Shown here in pieces: positions 16,115 through 26,146 of a stretch of 64,000 bases of DNA (positions within the stretch are counted from its first letter, which is position 1; each line of letters starts with the position of its first letter). The stretch covers positions 2,633-66,632 of the forward strand of contig JBAWCJ010000468.1 in the NCBI GenBank assembly GCA_049590215.1. The letters are read 5' to 3'. The stretch comes from Candidatus Sulfotelmatobacter sp. (GTDB lineage Bacteria > Acidobacteriota > Terriglobia > Terriglobales > Acidobacteriaceae). The notes under the pieces are model-generated. The model was given only the letters and a program-made list of their open reading frames with translations, made no database searches and was not told the DNA's origin. The translations under genes and the position numbers were made by a program.

Positions 16115-19100
16115 TTATTGTGGGGTGAAGTTCTGGTGATAGCTCAGACTGACCACGTCCTGGAACATGGGAGTTCCGGGAGGCAGCTGAGTCGGGTTCA
16201 GGAACTGCGTGTCGAAGAAATAGTTTCGCAGCGCGGGAGCGCCATACACGGTGTTGCAGCACTTGAACGCGCCCGTGAGGTACTGCGAGTAATACATGCT
16301 GATCAGCGAGCCCGCATAGTTCACGGTAGCGCTGCCGTTGTTAAGGCCGTCGCTGCGGTCCTCGATATAACGCAAGAAGTTATGCATACCGCCGTCGGTA
16401 CCGAAATCCTTCAAGCCGTCAGCGGAGGCCCAGCCCGGCTCGAAGAACGGGATGCTCTTACCGGCAGCAATCGCCATCCGGTAATAGCTATTGTTTCCGG
16501 GCCGGTTGAGTGCGACTCCTGGTTGCAGGAAGCTTTCGACATCGGTCCAGCCAGTCTTTGTAGTCGGCGTAGTACTCGTCGACGGTGGATTGGAGAGCAA
16601 TGTGACGGAATCGGCGATGATCGAAGCCGCCGAATGTGGGGCCGTCGTCGTGGCTCCGGCAGGCCACATTGGATCGGCCGCGCCGGTATTGTAATCTCCC
16701 CACACATAGACCGGTTCTTCCGAGGCAACGGTGAAGCCGTTTCCGCTGGTGGCCCCGCCCGTGGGCTGGGGCAAGTAACTGACACCGGCAGCGCTCATGC
16801 CGCCATCGACGAGGCGGAGTCCGTGACGCGGCCCGTAGACCACATTGTTCTGCGGATTTCCGGCGTACGCGGTGGCGCCCGTCGTTCCAGTGCCGATCGG
16901 ATACGTCTCGATGGTTCCATTCGGGGATCCGGTCGGCTCGTAGGTATAAGAGCTGCAATTCACCTGGTTCGTGCTCGTCCCGGCGGCCTGCGCCGGAATG
17001 GGGAAATACGGCGCGCTGTCGTAGGCGCCCAGCAATCCGAATCCCGCTGCCAGATTCTTTTGGCCGTAGTTGTCGAAGTAGCCGTCTTCGTCAACGTCTT
17101 CCGGCGAGTAAGAGTAGTACGTTGCTGGTTCCAGCTTGCCATCGGGTACGCCGGTGGAGGTCGAGCCGTTGATGGTGTCTTCCAGCCCGGATGCTCCTGT
17201 GATGCTGTTGTAAACGGTCGCGCCGGTAGGATTGGGATCGGGCAACATGCCACGGCGATCCGAGAAATACACGATGTAACCGTTAAAGTTGGTGTTGTTC
17301 ACCAACTTGCCGGTTCCGCCGGTATATGGAGCGGCGCCCTGCAGCCAGAGCCACAAGTTGCCCACGTCCAGCTCGACCACATTCATGATTCCAATCGGGC
17401 TGCACGGAGTGTAGACGGTCGTGTTCTTGGAGCCGGTTGTGTTGGAGGGACGCGTTGTAATGTCGCGCGGCTCGCCTTCGCGCGAGTCGTAGAAGTTGAG
17501 TGGAATCCAGTTGCTGGCAGTTCCGCCGCTATCAGTCGTATCGTTTTCGACGGAGCTGGCCGTTGCCACGCCCTGGTTGAGCTGCTGAAGAATCAAGATC
17601 GCCGGGCTGATAGGGTTGTAACACTGGGCCGCAGGCGGGTAGGTAGCTGAGCCGTAGAGTGGGCAAGCCGGGCTCGCACCTCCGACCACGTAGGGAGCCG
17701 TGGGGGGCGTGTTATAACCGCGGCCGAAGCCGTATCCCAGCCATTGCGTGGTGATTCCGACCCACGGGCCACCAGTACCACAGGCAGTTGCGCTGGTTTC
17801 TGGACAGTACTCGACGCGCAGCCATACGTGGGCGGCGTTCGGTGCGGCGCCGGCAGCGCTGGTTGGGTTGCTGGTGATCTGGCTGAGAAGCGGCCAATTA
17901 CTCCAGGCGTACGCCGTGGTCGGCGCGGCGGGGTTGGTGGGCGCAACCCATCCATTCGTCCCGGCTGTGGCCACGCCGTAGTACATGTAATCCGCCGGCA
18001 CGCCAGTGTAACCGCTGAGCACGACGGCCGCGGGCGTACCGCTAGCACCGACCGTTGTGATGCCGAGCTGTACGTCCTGTCCATCGCCGAGCGCGCCGCG
18101 TTCGGGGTGAAGATCCGCTTGAGTATCGGCCAGCAGGATGCGGATCGAAGCCTCATTATAGAAACGGGAACCGCTCAAGAGTGCAGTATCACTGGCTTGC
18201 GGTCGGCGAACGATGTCGATCGCCCCAACCTTAGAGGTCGAGACGAAGGGCAACTGCAGCGTGGTCGCGCCAGTCAATCCGTTGGTGATGAAGCTGTTGA
18301 ACGTGGTGGTGGAAATGCCCTTCCAGCCCGCGTTAGCGGCGCCTCCGCAATCGGCAGTGCAGGTGGCAGGGGCCGGAGGGGCTGGGAATCCGCCGGTCCA
18401 ACTGCCAGCGGAAAGCGCAATGCAATTCGCGGCTGGTCCGGTGCCCGGGGCACTTGGACAACCACCCGCAGCGTTGGGCACGTACACGGTTCCACCATAG
18501 CCATTGGAGGTCGGCCATCCATTCTCGAGCTGGGTGGTGATGACTTGGCCCACGGCTGCGATCTTATCGGTAAAGGTCAGGTTGTCGCCCGAGGCAAGGA
18601 AAAGATTTCCGTTGGTGTGAACCCGGCCGCCGAAATTGAAGTTGGGACCAGCAAAGTAATCGCAGTCGCCGTCGCAGAAGATTCCGAATTCGAAGGCGGG
18701 TAGGAGAGCCACTTCCACGGTGCGCGACAAGTTGACCGATGCGCCCGTGATGTTGGTAAGAGCCGCGTTGTTGGTGGCCTCACCGGCGGTGGACGCACGA
18801 GTCGCAGTTACGGTCAAGGTATAGGGAATGAGAGTCGCCACCATGCCCTGGTCGGAACCGGAACCCACGATATCCCAGTTGCCGGTCGGGTTACTAGTAG
18901 CACTAACAGAGACCCCGTTTTGACAGACTTGGTTTGTCGGCCAGCTAATGCCCTCGACGTAATTCATGCTGGTGATGTTCGAACCGTTAACCTGGGTGGG
19001 GAAATCGGCAGCAGCGGTGATGCCGCAAATGGCCAAGTAATTCGGGGTCTGCGACTGTTGGTACAGCTGGGAGAGTTCGGCAGTCAAGTTTTCGATGCCA

Positions 19101-19267
19101 GACTCCGCGCCGTAGAAGGCGAGACTGCCTTCCAGGTCGTTGCCGCCCATGCGTTCTTCATTGCTGACCATGTACAAAAGTCCCACGGCGATACCCGACA
19201 GCAGAACGGTCAACAATAATGCCGCGATGAGCGTGAAGCCTCGCGAATCTCGTTTACTCTTCCCCAT
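16115..19267 (-). CDS. giant PilX-N-terminal-domain protein (about 1050 aa), putative pilus-tip/adhesin minor pilin
   Basis: GGAGGA upstream of the ATG at 19267. N-terminus SRGFTLIAALLLTVLLSGIAVGLLYMVSNEERMGGN (PilX_N type). The remainder is Gly/Thr/Asn/Ala/Pro-rich. Last gene of the minor-pilin operon. Confidence 0.75.
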   Translation of the reverse strand: MGKSKRDSRGFTLIAALLLTVLLSGIAVGLLYMVSNEERMGGNDLEGSLAFYGAESGIENLTAELSQLYQQSQTPNYLAICGITAAADFPTQVNGSNITSMNYVEGISWPTNQVCQNGVSVSATSNPTGNWDIVGSGSDQGMVATLIPYTLTVTATRASTAGEATNNAALTNITGASVNLSRTVEVALLPAFEFGIFCDGDCDYFAGPNFNFGGRVHTNGNLFLASGDNLTFTDKIAAVGQVITTQLENGWPTSNGYGGTVYVPNAAGGCPSAPGTGPAANCIALSAGSWTGGFPAPPAPATCTADCGGAANAGWKGISTTTFNSFITNGLTGATTLQLPFVSTSKVGAIDIVRRPQASDTALLSGSRFYNEASIRILLADTQADLHPERGALGDGQDVQLGITTVGASGTPAAVVLSGYTGVPADYMYYGVATAGTNGWVAPTNPAAPTTAYAWSNWPLLSQITSNPTSAAGAAPNAAHVWLRVEYCPETSATACGTGGPWVGITTQWLGYGFGRGYNTPPTAPYVVGGASPACPLYGSATYPPAAQCYNPISPAILILQQLNQGVATASSVENDTTDSGGTASNWIPLNFYDSREGEPRDITTRPSNTTGSKNTTVYTPCSPIGIMNVVELDVGNLWLWLQGAAPYTGGTGKLVNNTNFNGYIVYFSDRRGMLPDPNPTGATVYNSITGASGLEDTINGSTSTGVPDGKLEPATYYSYSPEDVDEDGYFDNYGQKNLAAGFGLLGAYDSAPYFPIPAQAAGTSTNQVNCSSYTYEPTGSPNGTIETYPIGTGTTGATAYAGNPQNNVVYGPRHGLRLVDGGMSAAGVSYLPQPTGGATSGNGFTVASEEPVYVWGDYNTGAADPMWPAGATTTAPHSAASIIADSVTLLSNPPSTSTTPTTKTGWTDVESFLQPGVALNRPGNNSYYRMAIAAGKSIPFFEPGWASADGLKDFGTDGGMHNFLRYIEDRSDGLNNGSATVNYAGSLISMYYSQYLTGAFKCCNTVYGAPALRNYFFDTQFLNPTQLPPGTPMFQDVVSLSYHQNFTPQ

Positions 19268-19314
19268 ATATCTCTCTTCCTCCAAGCGCAACAGCCAGAA
19301 CTTCAGACCGCCGT

Positions 19315-20499
19315 TTATTGGCAAGCGGTAGTTTGGTCACTATAAGAATTGCAAAAACTCATATTGCGAGTGCTGACGGAACTCGCCAGATACATGCTCT
19401 GGGATTTCTTCCCTGCCTGCGTAACGCTCTCTCCCATCACCCAAATATTCACCTTCTGAATCAGGGCAGGCGAAAGCCCGGCTCCGATCGGATTGGACTG
19501 ATTCGCGCTGATAGTGCCCAGCGTGTTATTGATCACGTCGTAGCTGAACTGCAGGTTGATGATGTCATCAGCGACGGGAACGGCAGTCAGTCCGTTGACC
19601 TGACGCATCAGCCGCGGCGTTTGCAGAGTTCCGCCCGCAGGAGGAACCTGCAGGAAATACGTTACGGCGTAGAGACGGCAGACAGTGATGCAGGTGATGT
19701 TCGGAGGACAGCCGGCGGCGGCATAGGCGGTGGCGACAGAGGCGAGACTGTTGGTGCCGGTCTGGTTGAGATTGAGTGCGTCGCTGGTGGCGAAATTGAT
19801 CGTAGTGTTATTGGGGATACCGGTAATTTCACCGACCGCTGCGGCCTGCTGCACATAGCTTGTACCCTGATTGCCTTTGCCGGTGCCCGGGGTGTTAACA
19901 GTGAATAGCAAGAGGTCACCTACGTTGAGGCCGCCTGGGGCAAGGATGTTCGTGGGGTCGCCCGTAACGATGTTAGCCGGCGGCGCAGGGCCCACCGTGA
20001 CTTGGGTTGAACTGGGAAAACTAAATGCGAAGTTGACCAGAGGAAAATTGTAGTCGCAGTAGATCGAAGTGATGCTGTCATTCACGGCGGCGGGAGCGGC
20101 GGTGATGACCGCGGAACTCTGCACTCCGTTGCCAAAGCCCGGCAAGATGCCGTACATATAGTTAGCGACTCCGCTGCCGCTGAGCGGGTAAGTATCGCCG
20201 GTGACGTAGCAGGTGCCAGCCTGATTGCAGGCGACCTTGCTGGCGCCGTCGGCGGTGGCCAATTGCAGACCGCCGGAAGGCAGGCCAGCGCCGGCCATAC
20301 TAATGTCCTTGGTCATCAATTCGATGCCGGCCCGCATATTCTCCTGAGTATCGGCGCGCTGGGTCACGGTAAGGGTGGCGTTCATGCCCATGTTGAAAAG
20401 CTGGGTCATCGCCATGATGGCGATCAAGCCGATGGCGGAGGCGACGAGCATTTCCAAGAGGCTGAAGCCGCGTTGCGATTTTGAGATGGATATCTTCAT
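19315..20499 (-). CDS. PilW-like type IV minor pilin
   Basis: Prepilin N-methylation motif QRGFSLLEMLVASAIGLIAIMAM after a short leader (MKISISKS). Confidence 0.8.
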   Translation of the reverse strand: MKISISKSQRGFSLLEMLVASAIGLIAIMAMTQLFNMGMNATLTVTQRADTQENMRAGIELMTKDISMAGAGLPSGGLQLATADGASKVACNQAGTCYVTGDTYPLSGSGVANYMYGILPGFGNGVQSSAVITAAPAAVNDSITSIYCDYNFPLVNFAFSFPSSTQVTVGPAPPANIVTGDPTNILAPGGLNVGDLLLFTVNTPGTGKGNQGTSYVQQAAAVGEITGIPNNTTINFATSDALNLNQTGTNSLASVATAYAAAGCPPNITCITVCRLYAVTYFLQVPPAGGTLQTPRLMRQVNGLTAVPVADDIINLQFSYDVINNTLGTISANQSNPIGAGLSPALIQKVNIWVMGESVTQAGKKSQSMYLASSVSTRNMSFCNSYSDQTTACQ

Positions 20500-20512
20500 G
20501 GTTTTATTCGCC

Positions 20513-21118
20513 TCAGTGGTAGCTGGAGACCAGTCCGGCCACGGAGTAGGAGCGAGCCGGCCAGCCTGGTTTGGTGTAGGCAACGGTAATGGTGACGGCG
20601 ATAAGATTGGTGTTGGGAGCCCCACTCGGCAACGTCACCGGACTGAAGGTGATGCTGCGGGTGAAGTTGCTGAGGCTCTGGGTGACATCGTCGGCGGTGC
20701 CGAGAATGCCATCAGGGCCGGGAAGGACCAGGCATTCCACTCCGCCTGGGCACGCGGCGCCGGTGTCGGGAGCGGTGCAGGCGACGTCATCGCCCGTACC
20801 CACCAGACCATCGGGTCCAGCGCACTTCAGAGGAAGAGCCCCAGGCAGGAAGATGCCGCCGGCCGCAGTGTTGTTGATAGAGGAGAAAGGCAACTGCTGG
20901 CTATTGCGGGCGGTGTAGATGCTCTCCATCGCATCCAGTGCCTTGTGGCGGGCGATGAGATCTTCCTGCGCTGATTCGGTGGCGGCGATCGCGGTGCCGA
21001 AGGTGGCGATCAGCGCGAGCATGCTGATGCTCATGATCGCGATCGCGATCATGACTTCGATCAGTGTAAAGCCGCGCTGGGTTTGGAGCTTCCTGGTGGA
21101 TTTCTTAGTTTCAGTCAT
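20513..21118 (-). CDS. PilV-like type IV minor pilin
   Basis: QRGFTLIEVMIAIAIMSISMLALI prepilin motif. ATGA overlap with the upstream fimT-like gene. Confidence 0.8.
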   Translation of the reverse strand: MTETKKSTRKLQTQRGFTLIEVMIAIAIMSISMLALIATFGTAIAATESAQEDLIARHKALDAMESIYTARNSQQLPFSSINNTAAGGIFLPGALPLKCAGPDGLVGTGDDVACTAPDTGAACPGGVECLVLPGPDGILGTADDVTQSLSNFTRSITFSPVTLPSGAPNTNLIAVTITVAYTKPGWPARSYSVAGLVSSYH

Positions 21119-21771
21119 TGCTGCACCCATTCCTTCACGCCACCTACCAGACCAATCGTCCATCCGCGGATTCTGCCGGTTGCGCCCCACACTGACACGG
21201 CTCGCGAATTGTAGATAGTGTCGCCAACCCGCGTGAGATAGACGATGCCGGAGACGTAGGAACCGCTACTTCCCACAACGCCTGCCTGCGCGGAGCCGTC
21301 GGGCATGAAGACCACGCATTGACAGAGCAGGGGGACGCCGGGCGTAGACGTAGATTCGAAATCGATCGCGGTGCCCCCAGTGACAAGTGGAGGAGGTGAG
21401 TCCGGCGCGTTGGCGGGGGGGCTCGCTGGCAGGGCAAAAGAGACATCCCCCGGAATGGTGTAGGTGTTGACTTGCTCAGGCGGAGGCGCGGCCACGGCGG
21501 GAGGCACGAGAGGTGGCTGATACACGACCTGAATGGTGCCGGCAGGAAAGCCGGCCGGATTGAAATTGACCTGGTACTGGTGACCCTGAGTGATAGCCAG
21601 GTTGCGAGTGTTGCGCAGGGCCATCAAAGTGGTCTCATACGCCGAGTTCATGTGGGCGCTATTCATTGAGGGCGTCAGGTAGATGAACGTGACCCCGCAC
21701 ATCACCAGGCCGAGGCTGACGGTGATCATCAGTTCGAGGAGCGAGAACCCGTTATTTTTGCGCGATGGCAT
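21115..21771 (-). CDS. FimT/GspH-like type IV minor pilin
   Basis: NNGFSLLELMITVSLGLVMCGVTFI prepilin motif. First gene of the operon. Confidence 0.8.
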   Translation of the reverse strand: MPSRKNNGFSLLELMITVSLGLVMCGVTFIYLTPSMNSAHMNSAYETTLMALRNTRNLAITQGHQYQVNFNPAGFPAGTIQVVYQPPLVPPAVAAPPPEQVNTYTIPGDVSFALPASPPANAPDSPPPLVTGGTAIDFESTSTPGVPLLCQCVVFMPDGSAQAGVVGSSGSYVSGIVYLTRVGDTIYNSRAVSVWGATGRIRGWTIGLVGGVKEWVQQ

Positions 21772-22136
21772 AAGTTCCTTACCGGTCGTGAACCTCGTAT
21801 AGTCTGCTGACCGCAATCAACCCAACCTCATCCCAAGATTTCTGAGCCAAGATTTCCAAGAGCCCAACCGGACAGAGAACACCTGCGACCGTCGGGGAGC
21901 AGGCCAACCGGCACTGCCTACGGTGGGGCAGTCTTCATCCTAGGAAGGTGGGGTGATGGCGTCAAAGCACCACGGTGCAACGCAGGAGTATTGGTCTTTT
22001 GTAATCGCGGTGGTGACTGAGGTCACTGGGGTTGAGGGCAGTGGAGTTAGGTGATGGACCAAGGGAAACCGGGGTAGTGGGGATGACCGCGGTAACTTGT
22101 CGGAAGAACTGGGGTGATCCTAGGATGCATGAAGGT

Positions 22137-23279
22137 ATGACTCTCTCATCGCTCTTAGTCTGCTCGGACAATGCATCCGTGGAAGTGCTGCGGCAGGTGC
22201 TGGAAGAACTCAGCATTCAGGTGGAGTTGTGCACCGACAACGTGCGCGCGGCGGTGAGGCTGGCGCAGGAACGCTATGACCTGATCATTCTTGACTGCGA
22301 AACGCAGGCAGGGGTATTGGCGTTATTGCACGAGAGCCGGTCTTCGCGACTTAACGATTCGACTCTGACCGTGGTGGTAGTTGCGGGGCAGGAGAGCATC
22401 CGGGAGATGTTTTCCCTCGGAGTAAATTTCGTGCTGTACAAGCCGGTGTCGCACGAGCGGGCGTTGAGTACGCTGCGGGCGGCGCAAACCGTGCTGCACC
22501 GGGATAAACGCCGCAAGGCGCGCGCCGCCGTGCATACCCATGCGACCATCGACTACGCCGGCGAAGAACGAGCCAAAGCTACGCTGGTGAACCTGGCGGA
22601 AGATGGCATGGGAGTGAACTTCGGCAAGAAGCTGCCGCCGACCTGCAAGGTTTATTTTCAGTTTCAGTTGCCCGGCCAGATGAAGAATGTGCGGCTCTCG
22701 GGACAGGTGGTTTGGCAGGATTGGAACGGTCGCGCAGGAATCCAGTTTGTGGATGTGCCGCAAGCATCGCGGCGGGTGCTGCAGGAGTGGTTGAAGGTGA
22801 ACGTTGCCGAAGCGCCGGAGCCGGCTGCTGAGGCGGAGACGGTTGAGCCTTCCATCCGGCCGAATGAAGATTCGGGTGCGGTCGAGCAGCAGGTTGAGCG
22901 GCAGGAAACAAACGGCCGTGACGGCGAAGCCGGAGCTCGCCTTCGCGGCGAGCCGGACAACCGGCGCGGCCAGACTCGATATGCGTGCCGTCTGGGCGCG
23001 GAAGTTTACCAGAGGGGGAGCTCCGTGCGGAACTACTGCCATCTGAGCGATCTGAGCCCCGGTGGATGCTACCTCGAGATGCCTCTGGCCTTTCCAGCCG
23101 GCACACCGGTAGAGATCACGGTGCGCACCCAGGATATGAAATTGCGCCTGAGCGGTGTAGTGAAAGCCTCGCATCCCGGCTACGGGATGGGCATCTCGTT
23201 CAAGCTGAACACCAGGGACGAACGCCACGGGGTGCAGCAGTTGATCGACTTCGCGGCGACTATGACCGAGAAGTCTTAA
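22137..23279 (+). CDS. receiver (REC) domain protein with two PilZ domains (c-di-GMP effector-like)
   Basis: REC-like N-terminus (LLVCSDN...DLIILDCE...KP). PilZ motif pairs are RRKAR...NLAEDG and RRGQTR...DLSPGG. The start is 22125 or 22137. Confidence 0.75.
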   Translation: MTLSSLLVCSDNASVEVLRQVLEELSIQVELCTDNVRAAVRLAQERYDLIILDCETQAGVLALLHESRSSRLNDSTLTVVVVAGQESIREMFSLGVNFVLYKPVSHERALSTLRAAQTVLHRDKRRKARAAVHTHATIDYAGEERAKATLVNLAEDGMGVNFGKKLPPTCKVYFQFQLPGQMKNVRLSGQVVWQDWNGRAGIQFVDVPQASRRVLQEWLKVNVAEAPEPAAEAETVEPSIRPNEDSGAVEQQVERQETNGRDGEAGARLRGEPDNRRGQTRYACRLGAEVYQRGSSVRNYCHLSDLSPGGCYLEMPLAFPAGTPVEITVRTQDMKLRLSGVVKASHPGYGMGISFKLNTRDERHGVQQLIDFAATMTEKS

Positions 23280-23282
23280 GGG

Positions 23283-23317
23283 CAGTTCTCAGTTCTCAGT
23301 TCTCAGTTCTCAGTTCT
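23283..23317. repeat. heptanucleotide microsatellite (CAGTTCT)x5
   Basis: Five perfect tandem copies lying between convergent genes. Confidence 0.9.
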
Positions 23318-23346
23318 TCTCACTTCTTAGCAGATTCTTTTTGGAC

Positions 23347-24978
23347 TCACTTCGTTTTGGCGTTGTAGCTTTTTTGGATGAAAGCTGCCACGTTATCGTG
23401 GATCGCTTTCAGCGAGGCCTCGTGGGCGTAGACCATGTGGCCGGATTCGTAGAACTTGAATTCGATATTTTTTTGCAAGTCGAGCGGAATCGGCAAGTGC
23501 TGCATTTCGTAGACGCCTTCATAGAACGGGGTTGCCAGATCAAAATAACCGGCGTTTAAGAGGACTTTGAGGGTCGGGTTGTATTTCATCGCGGTGGCGA
23601 GGTCGAGCATCACGTTGGTCGCTCCAGGGAAAGCAAAGGGAACTCCGGGAGCCTGGTGGGCAAAACTCCACCATTTGAAGACTTCAATTTCCGGCTTGTA
23701 TTCGCGGTTCTCGCCGAACTTGAGATCCTTGCGCACGTAGTCGTTAAATGCGGAAACATAGGCTGAAGAGATCGCCGCCGACTGCGGATCGTAATCGGCT
23801 TCCTTGCTGAGCGGATCAAGCGAGGGACCAGAAAAACGGGTGTCGAGCCGGCCGGTGGTTAAGTCGTTCTCGTCCTGAAGATTCTTCTCGAATTCTCCAC
23901 CGTTGATGCGCAAGTCCGCTTTCTCGATATAGGCAACCGGCAGGCCAGTGTATTCATGAAGTTTGGCGGCGATGGCGTGACGCTGGTCCGCGGGCAGGGA
24001 AGCGCCGGCTCCAAGAGCGAGAGCGTACTCGTTCATGGCGAAGTGCTCCACCTCGGTTAGCAGAGAAGGGAGGTCGGGGTGCTGATCCGGCAGTTTGTGG
24101 TGATACCACGCAGTGGCGGCGTAGGTGGGGAGATTGAGTTGATACGCCAGGTCGACCCCTGGATTCATTTCAGGGGCGTCGGAATCGAGCGAGAAGTTCA
24201 GGATCTGGGATAGGAGAATCACGCCGTTGAGGTCGAAATCGCGTTCGGTCTCGAGCACATTGGCGAGAACCGCTGATCGCGTGGTGCCGTAGCTTTCGCC
24301 AAATAAATACTTCGGCGAATTCCAGCGTCCATACTTCGCGAGGAACTGAGAAATGAAATCGGCGAAGGCCTGAGCATCCTGGTCGACGCCGTAAAAGGCT
24401 TTCTCGCGGTCTTTCCCGCTGAGGCGGCTGAAGCCCGTTCCGGGGGCATCCACGAACACGAGGTCGGACACATCGAGCAGGCTGTATTCGTTGTTGACGA
24501 CGGAATAGGGCGCGGCCGGAGTGTGAGTATCGTCGGCGGTGACGACGCGCTTTGGTCCGAACGCTCCCATGTGAAGCCAGACGGTGGAGGAGCCGGGACC
24601 GCCGTTATAGAGAAATGTTACTGGACGCGGCGCGCCTTTGGTGTCGGACTTGAAGTAGGCAACGTAGAACATGCTCGCTTCCGGGCCCCGGTTCTTCGGA
24701 TCGGGGTCGGCATTTTGCGGGACGTCGTCCCAGCCCTTGGGATGCACGATCAGCGTGCCGGCATAAGCGTCGTAATTAATCACGCTTCCGCCGATCGTGA
24801 CCGAGCCCTTGCTCGCCTGCTGCTCTGGTTTGAACTGCTCTGGCTTTGCTGTATCGGTCTTCGTGGCTTCGACCTTAACGGTCGACGTTTCTTCTTTTGC
24901 CTGCGCGTGAATCAGCGTGACCGGCAGCGCGACAGTGGCGATGGCTAGCAGGACGAACCTTGACGTGGGCATTCGCAT
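23347..24978 (-). CDS. secreted serine carboxypeptidase, peptidase S10 family
   Basis: GGAGAA upstream of the ATG at 24978. Signal peptide. Motifs NGGPGSSTVWLHMGAFGP and catalytic GESYGTT. Confidence 0.8.
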   Translation of the reverse strand: MRMPTSRFVLLAIATVALPVTLIHAQAKEETSTVKVEATKTDTAKPEQFKPEQQASKGSVTIGGSVINYDAYAGTLIVHPKGWDDVPQNADPDPKNRGPEASMFYVAYFKSDTKGAPRPVTFLYNGGPGSSTVWLHMGAFGPKRVVTADDTHTPAAPYSVVNNEYSLLDVSDLVFVDAPGTGFSRLSGKDREKAFYGVDQDAQAFADFISQFLAKYGRWNSPKYLFGESYGTTRSAVLANVLETERDFDLNGVILLSQILNFSLDSDAPEMNPGVDLAYQLNLPTYAATAWYHHKLPDQHPDLPSLLTEVEHFAMNEYALALGAGASLPADQRHAIAAKLHEYTGLPVAYIEKADLRINGGEFEKNLQDENDLTTGRLDTRFSGPSLDPLSKEADYDPQSAAISSAYVSAFNDYVRKDLKFGENREYKPEIEVFKWWSFAHQAPGVPFAFPGATNVMLDLATAMKYNPTLKVLLNAGYFDLATPFYEGVYEMQHLPIPLDLQKNIEFKFYESGHMVYAHEASLKAIHDNVAAFIQKSYNAKTK

Positions 24979-25100
24979 CGAGCGTTTTTCTCCGTTCGTG
25001 GGAATAGACTGGGATTTTCTTTCTTCGTTAGCGAAGGACAATTTATCACGTTTCAAGAAAAGGTACATCGCGGCGGCAACGACCCCAAGTAGCAGTGAAT

Positions 25101-25161
25101 TGGCTGAGAAGGCGAACAGCAGATTCCGAATCGGGCCTTCGGCCCGGTTCGGAATGACAAA
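25101..25161. repeat. REP-like palindromic intergenic element, copy 2
   Basis: GGCTGAGAAG..CAGATTCCGAATCGGGCC-ttc-GGCCCGGTTCGGAATGACAAA. Shares its terminal blocks with 14291..14361. Confidence 0.6.
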
Positions 25162-25186
25162 AATTGGTTTAAGTTGGTTATGTCGA

Positions 25187-26146
25187 CTACTTTGCGGCTG
25201 CGATTTCCTCGGCTACGGCTTTGCGGAAATAATCCAGTGACATTTTCAGTCCGGCTTCTAATTGAATCTTCGGTTCCCAGCCCAGTAACTGTCTGGCCTT
25301 GGTGATGTCGGGACGGCGCTGTTTGGGGTCGTCCTGCGGCAGGGGTTCGTAGGCGATTTTGCTTTTCGACCCCGTCACTTTGATTACATGCTGCGCGCAC
25401 TCGAGGATGGTGAACTCGTTCGGATTGCCGATGTTTACAGGGAGATGCTCCGAGGATTTCGATAAGCGGATGAAGCCATCGATTTCGTCGCTGACGTAGC
25501 AGAAGCTGCGAGTCTGGCTGCCGTCTCCGTAAACGGTGAGGTGTTCGCCGCGCAGAGCCTGCTTCATGAAATTCGACACTACGCGGCCGTCATTCAATTG
25601 CAGGCGAGGGCCGTAGGTGTTGAAGATGCGCACGATACGCGTATCGACCTTGTGATAGCGGAGATAGGCCATTGTCACGGCCTCGGTGAAACGTTTGGCT
25701 TCGTCATAGACCGAGCGCGGGCCGATGGAATTCACGTTGCCCCAGTAGGTTTCTTTCTGGGGATGCTCCAGCGGATCGCCGTAGCACTCCGAAGTCGACG
25801 AGACCAGATACTTCGCGCCGTATTTGAGCGCGACCTCGAGAGCATGAAAGGTTCCGAGCGATCCTACCTTCAGCGTGGGGATTCCGTGGATGGTGTAATC
25901 GACGGGGCTGGCGGGGCTGGCGAAGTGGAAGACGTAATCGACCTTGCCAACGTCGAACGGTTCGCAGATGTCTTGTTCTACAAAATCGAATCGGGAATCA
26001 TTCTTGAGATGATCGAGGTTCGCGCGGCGGCCGGTGAGGAGGTTGTCGACTACAACCACACTCCAGCCTTCGCCGAGCAGGGCATCGCAGAGATGGGATC
26101 CAAGGAAACCGGCTCCGCCAGTGACCAGGGCGCGTTGCGGGCTCAT
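25187..26146 (-). CDS. UDP-glucuronate decarboxylase (UDP-xylose synthase)
   Basis: SDR motif [28 protein letters not shown], and YDEAKR catalytic region. 4-nt overlap with ugd. Confidence 0.85.
   Translation of the reverse strand: MSPQRALVTGGAGFLGSHLCDALLGEGWSVVVVDNLLTGRRANLDHLKNDSRFDFVEQDICEPFDVGKVDYVFHFASPASPVDYTIHGIPTLKVGSLGTFHALEVALKYGAKYLVSSTSECYGDPLEHPQKETYWGNVNSIGPRSVYDEAKRFTEAVTMAYLRYHKVDTRIVRIFNTYGPRLQLNDGRVVSNFMKQALRGEHLTVYGDGSQTRSFCYVSDEIDGFIRLSKSSEHLPVNIGNPNEFTILECAQHVIKVTGSKSKIAYEPLPQDDPKQRRPDITKARQLLGWEPKIQLEAGLKMSLDYFRKAVAEEIAAAK

Noticed and set aside
16109-17650. 513-aa plus-strand ORF.
   Set aside because: It lies entirely antisense to the 1050-aa PilX-N gene. The composition is Arg/Gly/Ala-rich, typical of shadow frames in high-GC DNA, and it has no recognisable motif.
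21844-21860. Possible sigma54 -24/-12 element (GG-N8-GC) upstream of the minor-pilin operon.
   Set aside because: The spacing between GG and GC is 8 nt rather than the required 10, and the flanks do not match TGGCAC/TTGC.
22323-23228. 301-aa minus-strand ORF. Similar long antisense ORFs occur at 27769..28668, 9379..10203, 51171..52217, 56719..57411, 59785..60486 and 61281..62009.
   Set aside because: All of them overlap well-supported genes on the opposite strand or in another frame. They show Arg/Pro/Ala-rich shadow-ORF composition and have no family motifs.
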